A stretch of 64,000 bases of DNA from Solirubrobacteraceae bacterium. Lineage in GTDB: Bacteria > Actinomycetota > Thermoleophilia > Solirubrobacterales > Solirubrobacteraceae. A program made the translations under genes and the position numbers. The DNA is taken from the NCBI GenBank assembly GCA_035502815.1, contig DATJUA010000053.1, forward strand, positions 4,415-68,414, written 5' to 3'. This document shows, in pieces, positions 54,195-63,408 of this stretch. Every line of letters begins with the position of its first letter. Positions within the stretch are counted from its first letter, which is position 1. The notes beneath the pieces were generated by a model. That model ran no database searches. It was given only the letters and a program-made list of their open reading frames with translations, and had not been told where the DNA came from.

Positions 54195-55967
54195 TCAGGA
54201 GCTAACGCGGTGGCGGTGCGGCAATCTGATCAGCGATCCGACGACTGGAAGCGCGGAGGTGGACGACGACCCGGAGCTCGATGTCCCGGCAAGGACGCCG
54301 GCGACCGTTGACGTCACGCTGCCGACCGCCTGCGTCGCATTCCCGAGGCTGTTGGTCACGCTCCCGACGGTGTTCGTCACGCTCCCGACGGTGTTCGTCA
54401 CGGTCCCGGCGGCTGCGCCCACGGGCGCGTTCACCGACGCGCTGATCGGGCTCTGAGCGGTGGACCCGTCCGGTCCGGTCTGCGCGGATGTCCCGGATTC
54501 GGGGGCGGTGGGCTGTCCCGAGCCTCCCCGGTAAGGCTTTCCGGGTCCTCGATGGGCCGGCGCGCCGGATTGCCGGCCGGATGCGGTCGAGGGAGCTGGC
54601 GCGGACCCCGCGTTCGCAGCCTTGGCCTGCGTCGACGAGCCCGCCGTCGACGACCCATCCCATTCCATCCGGGCCGGGCTGCCTCGCCAGGCCGTCCCGG
54701 ACACATTCGCAGTCCCGGCAGGCGCACCGGAAGCCGACCCGGCCCTGCCGCGATTGCTCGATCCTTGCGCCCAGGCGCGTTCGCCAACTACCGCCGACCC
54801 GGAGTTCGCCTCACCACCGGTTCGCAGCACGCCGTCGGCCACGTCGGAAGACGCCGTCGTCGGGGTGGAGCCGGCGGCTCGACCGAGCGCAGCGTCGGAC
54901 AGCGCGGCGGGAGCAGACCACAGGCCCACGAGTGACGAGGGCACTCGGATCGAGTTCCGGGCCGGAGCCACGGCTGCCGCCGACGCGCCGACGCGCACGG
55001 AGTCGCGATGTCCGAATCCGTTGACGATCCTGCCCATTCCAATCGTCACCCCGGCCGTGGCGGTCGCCACCACGGCCACACCGGCGAGCGCGTTGGCGCC
55101 GAGGCCGGCGCCCGCCGAGGCGGTCTTAGCCACCGCGCCGGCGGTCAGCCGCGCGAGCCCCGCGCCACCGCCGCGGCCGGCGGACGACGCCGCGATCCGC
55201 CCGAGCAGCCCTACGGCGGCCGTGCCCGGCAGGGCCGGGGCGAGCGCGCGAAGCTCGCCGGTGCGGGACGGGATCGCCGCGGCGAAGGCCGCGCATCCCT
55301 GGCATTCCCGTAGATGGGCCCGCACCCGGCGGCTGCGCAGGGTGCGCCCGTCCGCATCCGAGACTGTCCTGCGGATCTCGTGACAGGCCATGGCGCGTCC
55401 CTCGGCGAATTCGAACAGTGACTGGCGCGCCTCGAAGATGGTCTGCTTGGCGGCGCCGACCGAGGTGCCGAGCGCGATCGCGATCTCCTGGTGCGAGAGG
55501 CCGCTGAGCTCTCGCAGTACGAGCGCCGAGCGCTGCCGGTCGGTCAGCTGGTGGAGGTCTCGCACGAGCACCGAGACCTGGGCGCGCTCGTCGACCTGAT
55601 CCTCGATTGAGCTGGTCGGCCGCTCGGGCGCCTGAGAGAGCTCGAAGGCGGGCCGGCGCCGACGCAGCGCGGAGATCGATTCGTTGTGGGCGATGCGAAA
55701 CAGCCAGGGTCGGATCGGCGCATCGCGGTGACCGGCCCGGAGGGCGGCAAAAGCTGCGGCAAACGTCGACTGGAGCGCGTCCTCGGCATCCGCGTCGTCG
55801 CGCAGAATCGACCGGCAATAGCGATAGAGGATCTGGTGGTAGCGCTCGTAAACGACGGCGAACGCCCGCTCGTCGCCGGCGCTCACCTGCTGCGCGAGCC
55901 GCTCGTCGCCCAGCATTGCGAACGGGGCCGGTCGCCACCTTCCGCCGGTCCCCGCGGCCGCGGTCAT
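54195..55967 (-). CDS. ECF sigma factor with fused ZAS (zf-HC2) motif and low-complexity C-terminal extension
   Basis: DAEDALQSTF, WLFRIAHN (region 2); LTDRQR..LSHQEIA (region 4); C...HLRECQGC; hydrophobic segments follow. Confidence 0.88.
   Translation of the reverse strand: MTAAAGTGGRWRPAPFAMLGDERLAQQVSAGDERAFAVVYERYHQILYRYCRSILRDDADAEDALQSTFAAAFAALRAGHRDAPIRPWLFRIAHNESISALRRRRPAFELSQAPERPTSSIEDQVDERAQVSVLVRDLHQLTDRQRSALVLRELSGLSHQEIAIALGTSVGAAKQTIFEARQSLFEFAEGRAMACHEIRRTVSDADGRTLRSRRVRAHLRECQGCAAFAAAIPSRTGELRALAPALPGTAAVGLLGRIAASSAGRGGGAGLARLTAGAVAKTASAGAGLGANALAGVAVVATATAGVTIGMGRIVNGFGHRDSVRVGASAAAVAPARNSIRVPSSLVGLWSAPAALSDAALGRAAGSTPTTASSDVADGVLRTGGEANSGSAVVGERAWAQGSSNRGRAGSASGAPAGTANVSGTAWRGSPARMEWDGSSTAGSSTQAKAANAGSAPAPSTASGRQSGAPAHRGPGKPYRGGSGQPTAPESGTSAQTGPDGSTAQSPISASVNAPVGAAAGTVTNTVGSVTNTVGSVTNSLGNATQAVGSVTSTVAGVLAGTSSSGSSSTSALPVVGSLIRLPHRHRVSS
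54350..54402. repeat. 21-bp coding tandem repeat (VGSVTNT) in the sigma factor tail
   Basis: gtcacgctcccgacggtgttc repeated about 2.5 times. Confidence 0.75.
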
Positions 55968-56055
55968 CCGAGCCTTCCTGCTCCAATCGTGCTCACGACT
56001 TAAATTGAACCGCGCCGTCCGGGTCTTGTGCGCCACATCTTGGCGCGGGACCGAT

Positions 56056-56880
56056 TCAGGCGGGGACGGCTCGCGCCGCGGAGATCACCACCGTCTCGTA
56101 GCGCATCGTGAAGCTCCCGCCCAATCCGTCGATTGCGGCGCCCGTGCCCGCGAGCAGCTCCTGGAGCTCAGCCGCTGGCAGCTGGGCGTGACCGCCGGCC
56201 GTGGGCAACTGGTCGAGCCACTCCTCCCGGGTGTAGCCACGCTCCCAGTGAAGGCGCCAGTGCTCCAGATCGCTGAACGCGCCGGTCGCGCGCATGCCGT
56301 CGGCCGGCCGGGTGAAGAAGTGAGAGCCGGCGTCGGGGGTGGGCGCCGCCCAGGGGCGGTAGGGCAAGTCCGGCATGACCCGGCGGTAGACGGCGGAGAA
56401 CGCTTCAGACACCTCGGGCGACGGCTGGAACATGTTCCAGAACACGGCGAGCCGTCCGCCGGGGCGCAGCGCGCCGGCCGCCTTTGCCGCGCCCGCCACC
56501 GGATCGACCCAGTGCCACGTCTGTCCGGCGATGACCGCGTCAAATGTTCGGCCCTCGGCCTCCCAGTCCTCGAACGCCGCCACCTCGACCTCTAGCCCGC
56601 GGCGCCGCGCGAAGTCGGCCATTCGCTCGTCGACGTCGACGCCGAGCACCCGGCAGCCCGCCGCCTGGAACTGCCGGGCGGCGATGCCCGTGCCGCATCC
56701 GACGTCGAGCATGTCGGGACCGGGACTGGCGGCCACGATCGCCCGCACCATGGCGTCGGGATAGCGCGGGCGGGCCCGGTCGTAGCGCTCGGGATCGAGG
56801 CCGAACGACTCCGCCATCTGCCGGTGGCGATGGGTCTCGTGCTCGCTGAGACTGGGTGACTCGGGCGGTATAGTGGGCAT
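56056..56880 (-). CDS. Class I SAM-dependent methyltransferase
   Basis: YDRARPRYP, LDVGCGTG, WHWVDP and LRPGGRL motifs. Confidence 0.9.
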   Translation of the reverse strand: MPTIPPESPSLSEHETHRHRQMAESFGLDPERYDRARPRYPDAMVRAIVAASPGPDMLDVGCGTGIAARQFQAAGCRVLGVDVDERMADFARRRGLEVEVAAFEDWEAEGRTFDAVIAGQTWHWVDPVAGAAKAAGALRPGGRLAVFWNMFQPSPEVSEAFSAVYRRVMPDLPYRPWAAPTPDAGSHFFTRPADGMRATGAFSDLEHWRLHWERGYTREEWLDQLPTAGGHAQLPAAELQELLAGTGAAIDGLGGSFTMRYETVVISAARAVPA

Positions 56881-56915
56881 GCGCCCACTCTAATGGGCGT
56901 CTGCCCACTCGTCAA
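56869..56915. promoter_or_regulatory. Tandem TetR-type operators overlapping divergent promoters
   Basis: Palindromes agtgggc-N4-gcccact (56872-56889) and aatgggc-N4-gcccact (56892-56909). Minus-strand TTGACG-17-TAGAGT lies 6 nt before the ATG (leaderless). Confidence 0.75.
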
Positions 56916-56953
56916 ATCAACCAGCGGTTTTTGAGGGAAGGAGGAGGTGCGCG

Positions 56954-57541
56954 GTGCCGACCGGAGTGGCCATCCACGACGCGCGCGAGCGGCTGTTCGC
57001 CGCGGCGGAGCGCATCCTGCTGCGCGACGGACCCGGCGGGCTGACGAGCCGGGCCGTCACGGCGCAGGCCGGCTGCGCCAAGGGTGTCCTGCACCGCCAC
57101 TTCGCCGACTTCGATACTTTCCTGGCCGAGCTCGTGGTCGACCGGATCGCCCGGCTCGAGGATCAAGCCGCCGCGCTACGCGGCCGCGCCGGGAGCGGGA
57201 CGGTGGCCGACAACCTGACCCGCGCGCTGGTCAACCTGTTTCAGTCTGTCGCCGGGGAGATCGTCGGACTCCTCACCTCGCGGCACGAGCTGCTCGCACG
57301 TCTGCGCCAGACAACTCCGCGCGGCATGCCGGTCCTTACGGAGGCGACCGCGATGATCGCCTCCTACCTCGCGATCGAGCAGGAGCTGGGGCGGATCGCA
57401 GCAGACGCCGAAGTCGATGCGCTCGCGCCCATGTTGGTCGGGACGGCTCATCTGCTGTTCGCGGGCTCACACGATGCTCCGCCGGAGCTCGACGCCGTCC
57501 GCAGGCTGGTCGTCGCGGCCCTGGCCGGCGGGCGGGCGTAA
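56954..57541 (+). CDS. TetR/AcrR family regulator
   Basis: GGAGGAGG RBS; RERLFAAAE..LTSRAVTAQAGCAKGVLHRHF HTH. Confidence 0.9.
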   Translation: MPTGVAIHDARERLFAAAERILLRDGPGGLTSRAVTAQAGCAKGVLHRHFADFDTFLAELVVDRIARLEDQAAALRGRAGSGTVADNLTRALVNLFQSVAGEIVGLLTSRHELLARLRQTTPRGMPVLTEATAMIASYLAIEQELGRIAADAEVDALAPMLVGTAHLLFAGSHDAPPELDAVRRLVVAALAGGRA

Positions 57542-57557
57542 GGCGGCGGTTACATCC

Positions 57558-58016
57558 TCAGCCGGCGTCGATGCTCGGGAAGAGATCGATTCCCTGCTCT
57601 TCCGCCGCGGCCACGAGCAGGCGGCTGACGAGCTTCGACAGATCACGGCGATCGCCCTTCGGCAGGTGCTCGAGCAGCGCGGACACGTCCCGTTCGAACC
57701 CGGACGCGGCTCGGGAAACGAGCGCTCGACCCTGGCTCGTGAGCGTGACCAGGACGGCCCGCCGGTCTGTCCGCGAGGGAGCGCGCGTGACGAGACCCCG
57801 GCGCTCGGCGCGCTCGACGAGTCCGCTGACGCTTGACTTGTCGAGTGTCAGCAGCCTCGCCAGCTCGTTCATCGTGGGCTTCCGGTCCCGCAGCACGCCG
57901 AGGAGCCGGGTCTGGATCATCGAGAGGTCGTGCTCGGCCGCTCGTTGCTCGAGCATCCGCTGAACGACGAACGAGAGCTGGGCCAGACCATCGACGGGGC
58001 TGAGCTCGCGTGTCAT
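57558..58016 (-). CDS. MarR family regulator
   Basis: MNELARLLTLDKSSVSGLVERAERRGLV.R...DRR..LT winged HTH; probable leaderless ATG at 58016 (TAGACT 7 nt upstream). Confidence 0.9.
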   Translation of the reverse strand: MTRELSPVDGLAQLSFVVQRMLEQRAAEHDLSMIQTRLLGVLRDRKPTMNELARLLTLDKSSVSGLVERAERRGLVTRAPSRTDRRAVLVTLTSQGRALVSRAASGFERDVSALLEHLPKGDRRDLSKLVSRLLVAAAEEQGIDLFPSIDAG

Positions 58017-58030
58017 GACTTCTAGTCTAC

Positions 58031-58078
58031 TTGACTTGGTACGTGCCACAAACTAAATTAGTACGTGGCACGAACTAA
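58031..58078. promoter_or_regulatory. Tandem MarR-type operators overlapping a promoter
   Basis: Imperfect palindromes ttggtacgtgccacaaactaa (58036-58056) and ttagtacgtggcacgaactaa (58058-58078); plus-strand TTGACT-17-TAAATT. Confidence 0.75.
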
Positions 58079-58108
58079 ATGAAATTCGGTACGCAGGAGA
58101 TGCCAGCC

Positions 58109-59077
58109 ATGGAGAAGATGAACGCAGCGGTCGTGACGTCATTCGACGAGCCGCCGCACTATCAGCAGTTTGAGATTCCCCAGCCGGAGGGCGACGACGA
58201 GCAGCTCGTCGACGTGCTCGCGGTCGGGTTGCACCCGCGCGTGCGGAGCGGCGCCGCCGGCGCCCACTACACGAGCACCGGCAAGCTGCCGATGATCCCC
58301 GGGATCGACGCGGTTGGGCAGCGGGCGGACGGCAAGCGGATCTACTTCGCGGCCGACGACACCGTGTTCGGGACGATGGCCGAGAAGGCCGTCGTCGATC
58401 GCCGGCGCGCGATCGAGCTGCCCGAGGACGTGGACGTCGCGAAGGTCGCCGCCGCGATGAATCCGGCGATGTCGGCATGGGTCGCCCTGCGCCGGCGCGT
58501 GCCGATCGAGCCTGGCCAATCAGTGCTCGTGCTCGGGGCCACCGGCAACGCCGGCGCGATGGCGGTCCAGGTGGCCAAGCGCCTCGGCGCCGGGCGCGTC
58601 GTCGGCGCCGGCCGTGATGCCGAACGGCTGAGCGCGCTGAGCGCGGTTGGCGCCGATGAGGTCGTCCGGCTGACCGACGACGCCGAGGCGACGAGCGCGG
58701 CGCTGGCTGGCGCAGCCGCCGAGGTCGATATCGTCATCGACTACCTGTGGGGCAAGCCAACGGAGCGGGCGATCATGGCGCTGCTCACCGCTCGAACGGA
58801 CCGCAGCCGGGCCCTGAACTGGGTACAGATCGGCGCCATCGCCGGCCCGACGATCGAGCTTCCATCGGTGGCGCTGCGATCGGCCAACCTGCGCCTCCAG
58901 GGCACGGGTCAGGGCGCCGTCTCTCCCGCGGTGTACCTGGCGGAGCTGCCATCGCTCGTCGACGAGATCGACGCGGGGACGATCGCCGTCAGGGCGAACA
59001 CCTGGCCGCTGTCCGAGGTGGAGACGGTGTGGACACAAACCGCCCCGCCGGGCCAGCGAACCGTCCTCGTACCGTAG
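58109..59077 (+). CDS. MDR-family (quinone oxidoreductase/zinc-type ADH-like) oxidoreductase
   Basis: MNAAVV..F, P.IPGIDAVG, NPAMSAW, LGATGNAG and DYLWG motifs; start may be 58100 or 58118. Confidence 0.87.
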   Translation: MEKMNAAVVTSFDEPPHYQQFEIPQPEGDDEQLVDVLAVGLHPRVRSGAAGAHYTSTGKLPMIPGIDAVGQRADGKRIYFAADDTVFGTMAEKAVVDRRRAIELPEDVDVAKVAAAMNPAMSAWVALRRRVPIEPGQSVLVLGATGNAGAMAVQVAKRLGAGRVVGAGRDAERLSALSAVGADEVVRLTDDAEATSAALAGAAAEVDIVIDYLWGKPTERAIMALLTARTDRSRALNWVQIGAIAGPTIELPSVALRSANLRLQGTGQGAVSPAVYLAELPSLVDEIDAGTIAVRANTWPLSEVETVWTQTAPPGQRTVLVP

Positions 59078-59100
59078 GCGAGCGCGCGCCGTTGTTCGCA

Positions 59101-59220
59101 TCCTGACCGGGTAACCGCGCATTCACCGCCCCGGATTTGGTGAGTGTGCCGTTGTCCGTGGCCGGGCCGGGTGAATCGGCATTCACCGTTCGGGAGTTGG
59201 TGAGTGTGCCGTTAACCGGA
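59101..59220. repeat. Two 60-bp units of the same palindromic repeat family as 15810-16099, inverted
   Basis: ccgggt(g)aa..gcattcacc...ggtgagtgtg at exact 60-bp period; matches the reverse complement of cgcactcgcc...ggtgaatgc..ttcacccgg. Confidence 0.75.
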
Positions 59221-59278
59221 AAGCCCTAGCCCTACGGCGCCCGCGGAATGCCCCGCGACCGGGCGCACGTCGCCCAGC

Positions 59279-61954
59279 CTAACCCGTGAAGCTCGGTACC
59301 GGACTGACGATCGCGACGGTGGCGCGCGCGGTCCGGCTGGCGATGCCGTGGGCACTGACCGTGGCGAGGTTGGTCACGACGCGGGAACCAGAGGCGACGG
59401 CCGTGGCTCGCAGGCCGAACGTCCGGCTGCGTTTGGCCGCGAGTGAGCCGATCTTCCAGCAGACCTCGGTTCCGTGGGGCGTTCCGCCCGAGACGTAGGT
59501 CAGCCCGGCGGGCAGCCGGTCGCAGACCGATACGTTGCGTACGGCCTTACTCGATCGGTTCCTCACCTCGATCGTGAACGACACGATGGCGCCGGACTGC
59601 ACCCGTGTCGGGCTGGCCCGCTTGGTGATCGTGAGCGGCGCGGGGAGGATCTGGGCGACGGCCGTGGCATGATCGGTGACGGGGTCCGGATCGGGGCCGT
59701 CGGCGGTGACGGCTGCGGTGTCGCTCAGCATGCCCGGCTTGAGCACGCGTACGCGGGCCACCACCGTCACCGTCGCGCCGGAGGCGATGTCGCCCAAAGA
59801 GCACTGCAGGGTTGGCTGGATGGTGCAGGTGCCGGCGCTGGGCTTCAACGACAGGATGTCGGCCTTGCCTCGCGACGCGTCCGTGCCGACGACCTGGTCG
59901 GCGGTGTCGGGCCCGCGGTTGGCGATGGTGACCGTGTACGTGAGCACGTCGCCCACGCCGGCGACCTTTGGCGAGACCGTCTTGGTGACCACTAGGTCGG
60001 CGTGCCCGACGGCATGTGGCGCCGGCGGCGGTGTCGGTGCCGGACCCGGCGCCGCATAGACATCGATCGTCACCGTCGCGCTGGTGGACTGGCCGGATTG
60101 GTCCTTGACGGTGTAGATATAGGTGTCCTGTCCGGTGAAGCCGGCCGCGGGCGTGTAGGTGGTCTGTCCGGTGGTCGGGTTAACGCTCACGGTGCCATGG
60201 CCAGGCAGGCTGGTCACCGCGACCGTGGAGGGATCGAGGTCGCCAAGATCGTTGGCCAGTACGCCGACGGTGACCGGCGTGGCTTCGGGCGTCACTCCGC
60301 TGTCGTCCTGGGCCCGTGGTAGGACCGTGATGGTTACTGTCTGGGTGAGCTGCTGGCCGTAGGCGTCGGACACCGTGTAGGTGAACGTGTCGACTCCGCT
60401 CCACCCCGGGTTGGGCGTGTAGATCGCCTGGTCGGTGTCGAGGTTCCATGCGACGGTTCCGTCGGCGGGCTGGCTGATGATGGTCACGGTGCTCGGCTGC
60501 AGGCTGCCGTGATCGACGTCAAGGATCGGAATCCCGACCGGGACGCCGATGTCCGTCGTGGCCGAGTCATCGTGGCCCACGGGTAGGACGTCGAAGGTGT
60601 CGGAGGCCGAGCTCTGCTGGGGCGTGTTGGCGTTGTCCTGGGAGGTGACGTGCGCCACGTTGGTGAAGATGCCGGACTCCTCGGGGCCGAAGACGACCGG
60701 CACGGTGATCGACGGGAGCGTCGTCCCGGCCGCAATCGGCGCGGCGGCGCTCGCCGGGTAGGTGCAACTGACGGTCGTGCCAGAAGAAGCCGAGCAGTCC
60801 CAGCCGGTTCCCGTCGGGGTGCCGCTCAACGTCCCGGCGGGCAGGGTGTCGGTGACCGTCACCGGGTCCGTCTCGGGGCCCACGTCCGAGCCCGCCTGGA
60901 CCGTCGGGGTCAACGTGAACGTACCCGCGCCGCCGACGACGAACGGTCCCGTGTCGGTCTTGGTGATGCCCAGCCGCGGCACCGGGAGGATCGTGTTGAT
61001 GACCGTGGCATTGATCTCGTGGATGTTGTTCGCCCCTCCCGTACTTGCGGCGAAGCCGAACTTGAACGTGGCCGGGGGGTTGGGCGGCTCCGGCTCATCC
61101 ATGATCGTCTGCATTCCGCTGCCGAAATCCATCTGGACCAGGATCTGAGCGCCCGCCTGCGCCGGCGGGTCAACCACGATGTGCACGGTCCGCTTGACGC
61201 CCGCCGCGGTGCGGGTCTTGGCGTTGGGAGCGTCGATCGCTCCGTATGAGGCGACGTTGACCCGGTCGAGGATGCAGTACCCGGTCTGCCCGGTGCCGGG
61301 CCCGCGCAGGGTCACGTAGTTGGGATAGAGCCCGGTGGCGGGCTGGTTACAGCCCGTTCCTCGCCCCTCCGCGTTGTTGCCGAAGTTCCCCCACTCGTCG
61401 AACCCGACGCCGAGGTACCCGCCCAGAATCCCGTTGACCGGGAACGGGTCGACGGTCTGGGCGTAGCCCAGGCTGCCCCCGAAGCCGCCCGGGGACACAA
61501 GTGGCTGGGAGCCGTCGGCCAGGAAGAAACTGACGCCGTCCGCGCCGCTACCCACGGACGTGGGAACAGTGTCGTAGTCATAGAAGCTGAACGTGACGTC
61601 GAGCCCGGCGGTGAACGGGAGCGCGTCCTGGTACAGGACGAAACCCGTGTTGTTGCCGGTGTCGGAGGTGAGCCGCAGCGCGCCCTGCCCGTTGGGATCA
61701 CCGCCGGCGGGGATCGCAGGCTGGTTGGCGGGACACCCGGGGATCGGACTCTGCGATGTATTGGTTCCGGCCGTCAGGCAGGGATTGACGGAGTTGGTGC
61801 CCACCAGCCCGCCGACGAGCCAGTTCGGGTTGTCCGGCGTGCCGTGGCTGAACGTCTCGTTGACGAGCGTCGTGGCGCCGGCGGGCGCCGCCAGCCCCGC
61901 TCCGGCGGCGAGTGCCAGGACCAGCCCAACGAGAACCGCCGCGGCGCGGGTCAC
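59279..61954 (-). CDS. Secreted adhesin-like protein: L-type lectin + Ig/Big_9 repeats + DUF11 domains
   Basis: Signal peptide; LRLT..GADG.SFFL..GGSLGY..GVGFDEWGN..FGFAASTGG lectin; YTP..G..G.D.F.Y repeats; DL.VTK..GD.LTYTVTI.N.GP DUF11. Confidence 0.85.
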   Translation of the reverse strand: MTRAAAVLVGLVLALAAGAGLAAPAGATTLVNETFSHGTPDNPNWLVGGLVGTNSVNPCLTAGTNTSQSPIPGCPANQPAIPAGGDPNGQGALRLTSDTGNNTGFVLYQDALPFTAGLDVTFSFYDYDTVPTSVGSGADGVSFFLADGSQPLVSPGGFGGSLGYAQTVDPFPVNGILGGYLGVGFDEWGNFGNNAEGRGTGCNQPATGLYPNYVTLRGPGTGQTGYCILDRVNVASYGAIDAPNAKTRTAAGVKRTVHIVVDPPAQAGAQILVQMDFGSGMQTIMDEPEPPNPPATFKFGFAASTGGANNIHEINATVINTILPVPRLGITKTDTGPFVVGGAGTFTLTPTVQAGSDVGPETDPVTVTDTLPAGTLSGTPTGTGWDCSASSGTTVSCTYPASAAAPIAAGTTLPSITVPVVFGPEESGIFTNVAHVTSQDNANTPQQSSASDTFDVLPVGHDDSATTDIGVPVGIPILDVDHGSLQPSTVTIISQPADGTVAWNLDTDQAIYTPNPGWSGVDTFTYTVSDAYGQQLTQTVTITVLPRAQDDSGVTPEATPVTVGVLANDLGDLDPSTVAVTSLPGHGTVSVNPTTGQTTYTPAAGFTGQDTYIYTVKDQSGQSTSATVTIDVYAAPGPAPTPPPAPHAVGHADLVVTKTVSPKVAGVGDVLTYTVTIANRGPDTADQVVGTDASRGKADILSLKPSAGTCTIQPTLQCSLGDIASGATVTVVARVRVLKPGMLSDTAAVTADGPDPDPVTDHATAVAQILPAPLTITKRASPTRVQSGAIVSFTIEVRNRSSKAVRNVSVCDRLPAGLTYVSGGTPHGTEVCWKIGSLAAKRSRTFGLRATAVASGSRVVTNLATVSAHGIASRTARATVAIVSPVPSFTG

Positions 61955-62826
61955 CGTGTGAGCGTTCCCTTCATGTGTGTGGAGATCCGCTGCAACGTCA
62001 GGTCGCGCGTCCCACGGACCATGAGCGGGGTGGTGTGGACGCCGCTGAGGTCTCCCGAGCCCCGCGTGAACGTGTACGTGCCGGTCTCGACGCGGACCCG
62101 GCTGCCGCCGGGGAACCGCACATCGAAGACGCCGGTGAGGGTGCCCCCGGCGGCGAACACCTTCAGGGTGCCGTGCGAGCTCGTCGTCGTCGCGCGTTCC
62201 TGGGCGACCATGACGGCAGGACCGGGAACCAGACCAGTGACGGTGCCGACGACCGTCTCCACCCCGCTGCGGGCGAGGCTCAACTCCACGCCGAGGAAGT
62301 GGCCGTCCACGTGCCGGACGCCGGCGCCGCCCAGCGCCGCGGGCGCCCGCCCGGACGCTCCGTGCAGCGTTCCGTGCAGCCGCAGGGTCCCCACCGGGGC
62401 CGTGGCGGTCACCAGCGCACTGCCGGTCAACGTGCCCCGCGCACCGGCGAATCGCCCCGTCGCGCCCGTGAGGTCAGCGGTGATGCCAAAGCGGACGAGG
62501 TGGCCCTCCAGGCGAACCGTCACCTGCACGGCTGCGGTGAGGCTCCCGAACGGGTTGACGATCGTCGCGCTGCCCCGGTATCCGCCCCCGCTGCGGCCAA
62601 AGGTCGCCTCCAGCCCGCCGTTGCCGAGCGCCGGATCGTTGACGGTGCCGGCCCACTGGAGCCCACTGCTCGTCGTGCCGAGGTACGCAACGTGAGCCAG
62701 CGCGTTGACGTTTACGGTCCGCGCCCAGGCGTTCGGCGCCATGATCAAGCCGGCCCACCCCAGTAGCACGGCAACAAAGACGACCGCCTGGTACCTGCGC
62801 AGAGCTACCAAAACCCTTCCCTTCAC
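61951..62826 (-). CDS. Secreted beta-rich hypothetical protein with two similar halves
   Basis: Signal peptide ending AWA; G.TGRFAGA.G / RGSGDLSG-type repeats; coupled to the lectin gene. Confidence 0.7.
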   Translation of the reverse strand: MKGRVLVALRRYQAVVFVAVLLGWAGLIMAPNAWARTVNVNALAHVAYLGTTSSGLQWAGTVNDPALGNGGLEATFGRSGGGYRGSATIVNPFGSLTAAVQVTVRLEGHLVRFGITADLTGATGRFAGARGTLTGSALVTATAPVGTLRLHGTLHGASGRAPAALGGAGVRHVDGHFLGVELSLARSGVETVVGTVTGLVPGPAVMVAQERATTTSSHGTLKVFAAGGTLTGVFDVRFPGGSRVRVETGTYTFTRGSGDLSGVHTTPLMVRGTRDLTLQRISTHMKGTLTR

Positions 62827-62916
62827 CTACCGGCCAGTGCCCCAGCCTGACACGGCGACGGCCCGCATCATGTCGGAGACGTGCTCACACCACGCGCACC
62901 CGGGGTGCCGACTCCC

Positions 62917-63019
62917 GTGGCACCTCGAGCGCGAGCTCGGATACGCGCCGAGCTTCGCCCACTTCGCGCTCGTCGGGACCTGCGCCGACTGCGCGGACGC
63001 GCCACAGTCGATTACTTGA
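62917..63019 (+). pseudogene. C-terminal remnant of a Fur-family regulator
   Basis: LERELGYAPSFAHFALVGTCADCA resembles the Fur C-terminal H..+.G.CxxC; no HTH region upstream in any frame I could see. Confidence 0.55.
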
Positions 63020-63036
63020 GCATATGTTCATGCAAT
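63011..63036. promoter_or_regulatory. ArsR/SmtB-type operator
   Basis: Imperfect palindrome attacttgagcat/atgttcatgcaat 9 bp upstream of the regulator ATG. Confidence 0.7.
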
Positions 63037-63045
63037 AATGGGTTG

Positions 63046-63408
63046 ATGAGCCATGGCCGTGAGGTCGAACTCTCATCTCTGTCGAACGCGACCGCGCGCT
63101 CGGTTGCCGAGACGATGCAGGCGCTCGCGACACCCAGCCGCGTTCGGATCCTCAGCCGCCTCGCCGGCGGCCCGTGCTCGGTCGGAGAGCTGGCCAGCCA
63201 GATCGGGATGGAGCAGTCCGCCGTTTCCCAGCAGCTACGGGTGTTGCGACACCTCGGCCTGGTGGTCGGCGAGCGCGACGGGCGGCAGGTCATATATGCC
63301 TTGCACGACGATCACGTCCGTTCGCTGCTGACCGAGGCCGTCTCCCACACCGAGCACCTACGGCTCGGCCTGGCCGCCCGTCCGGGTGACATCGCGATCC
63401 CGGCGTGA
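63046..63408 (+). CDS. nmtR: ArsR/SmtB metalloregulator, NmtR-like (Ni/Co sensing)
   Basis: MSHG N-terminal His, QALATPSR, MEQSAVSQQLRVLRHLGLVVG and DDHV..EAVSHTEH alpha5 site. Confidence 0.8.
   Translation: MSHGREVELSSLSNATARSVAETMQALATPSRVRILSRLAGGPCSVGELASQIGMEQSAVSQQLRVLRHLGLVVGERDGRQVIYALHDDHVRSLLTEAVSHTEHLRLGLAARPGDIAIPA

Noticed and set aside
21431-54200. Mobile genomic island with defined ends
   Set aside because: No integrase, transposase, tRNA or flanking direct repeats seen; 'island' is used in a functional sense only.
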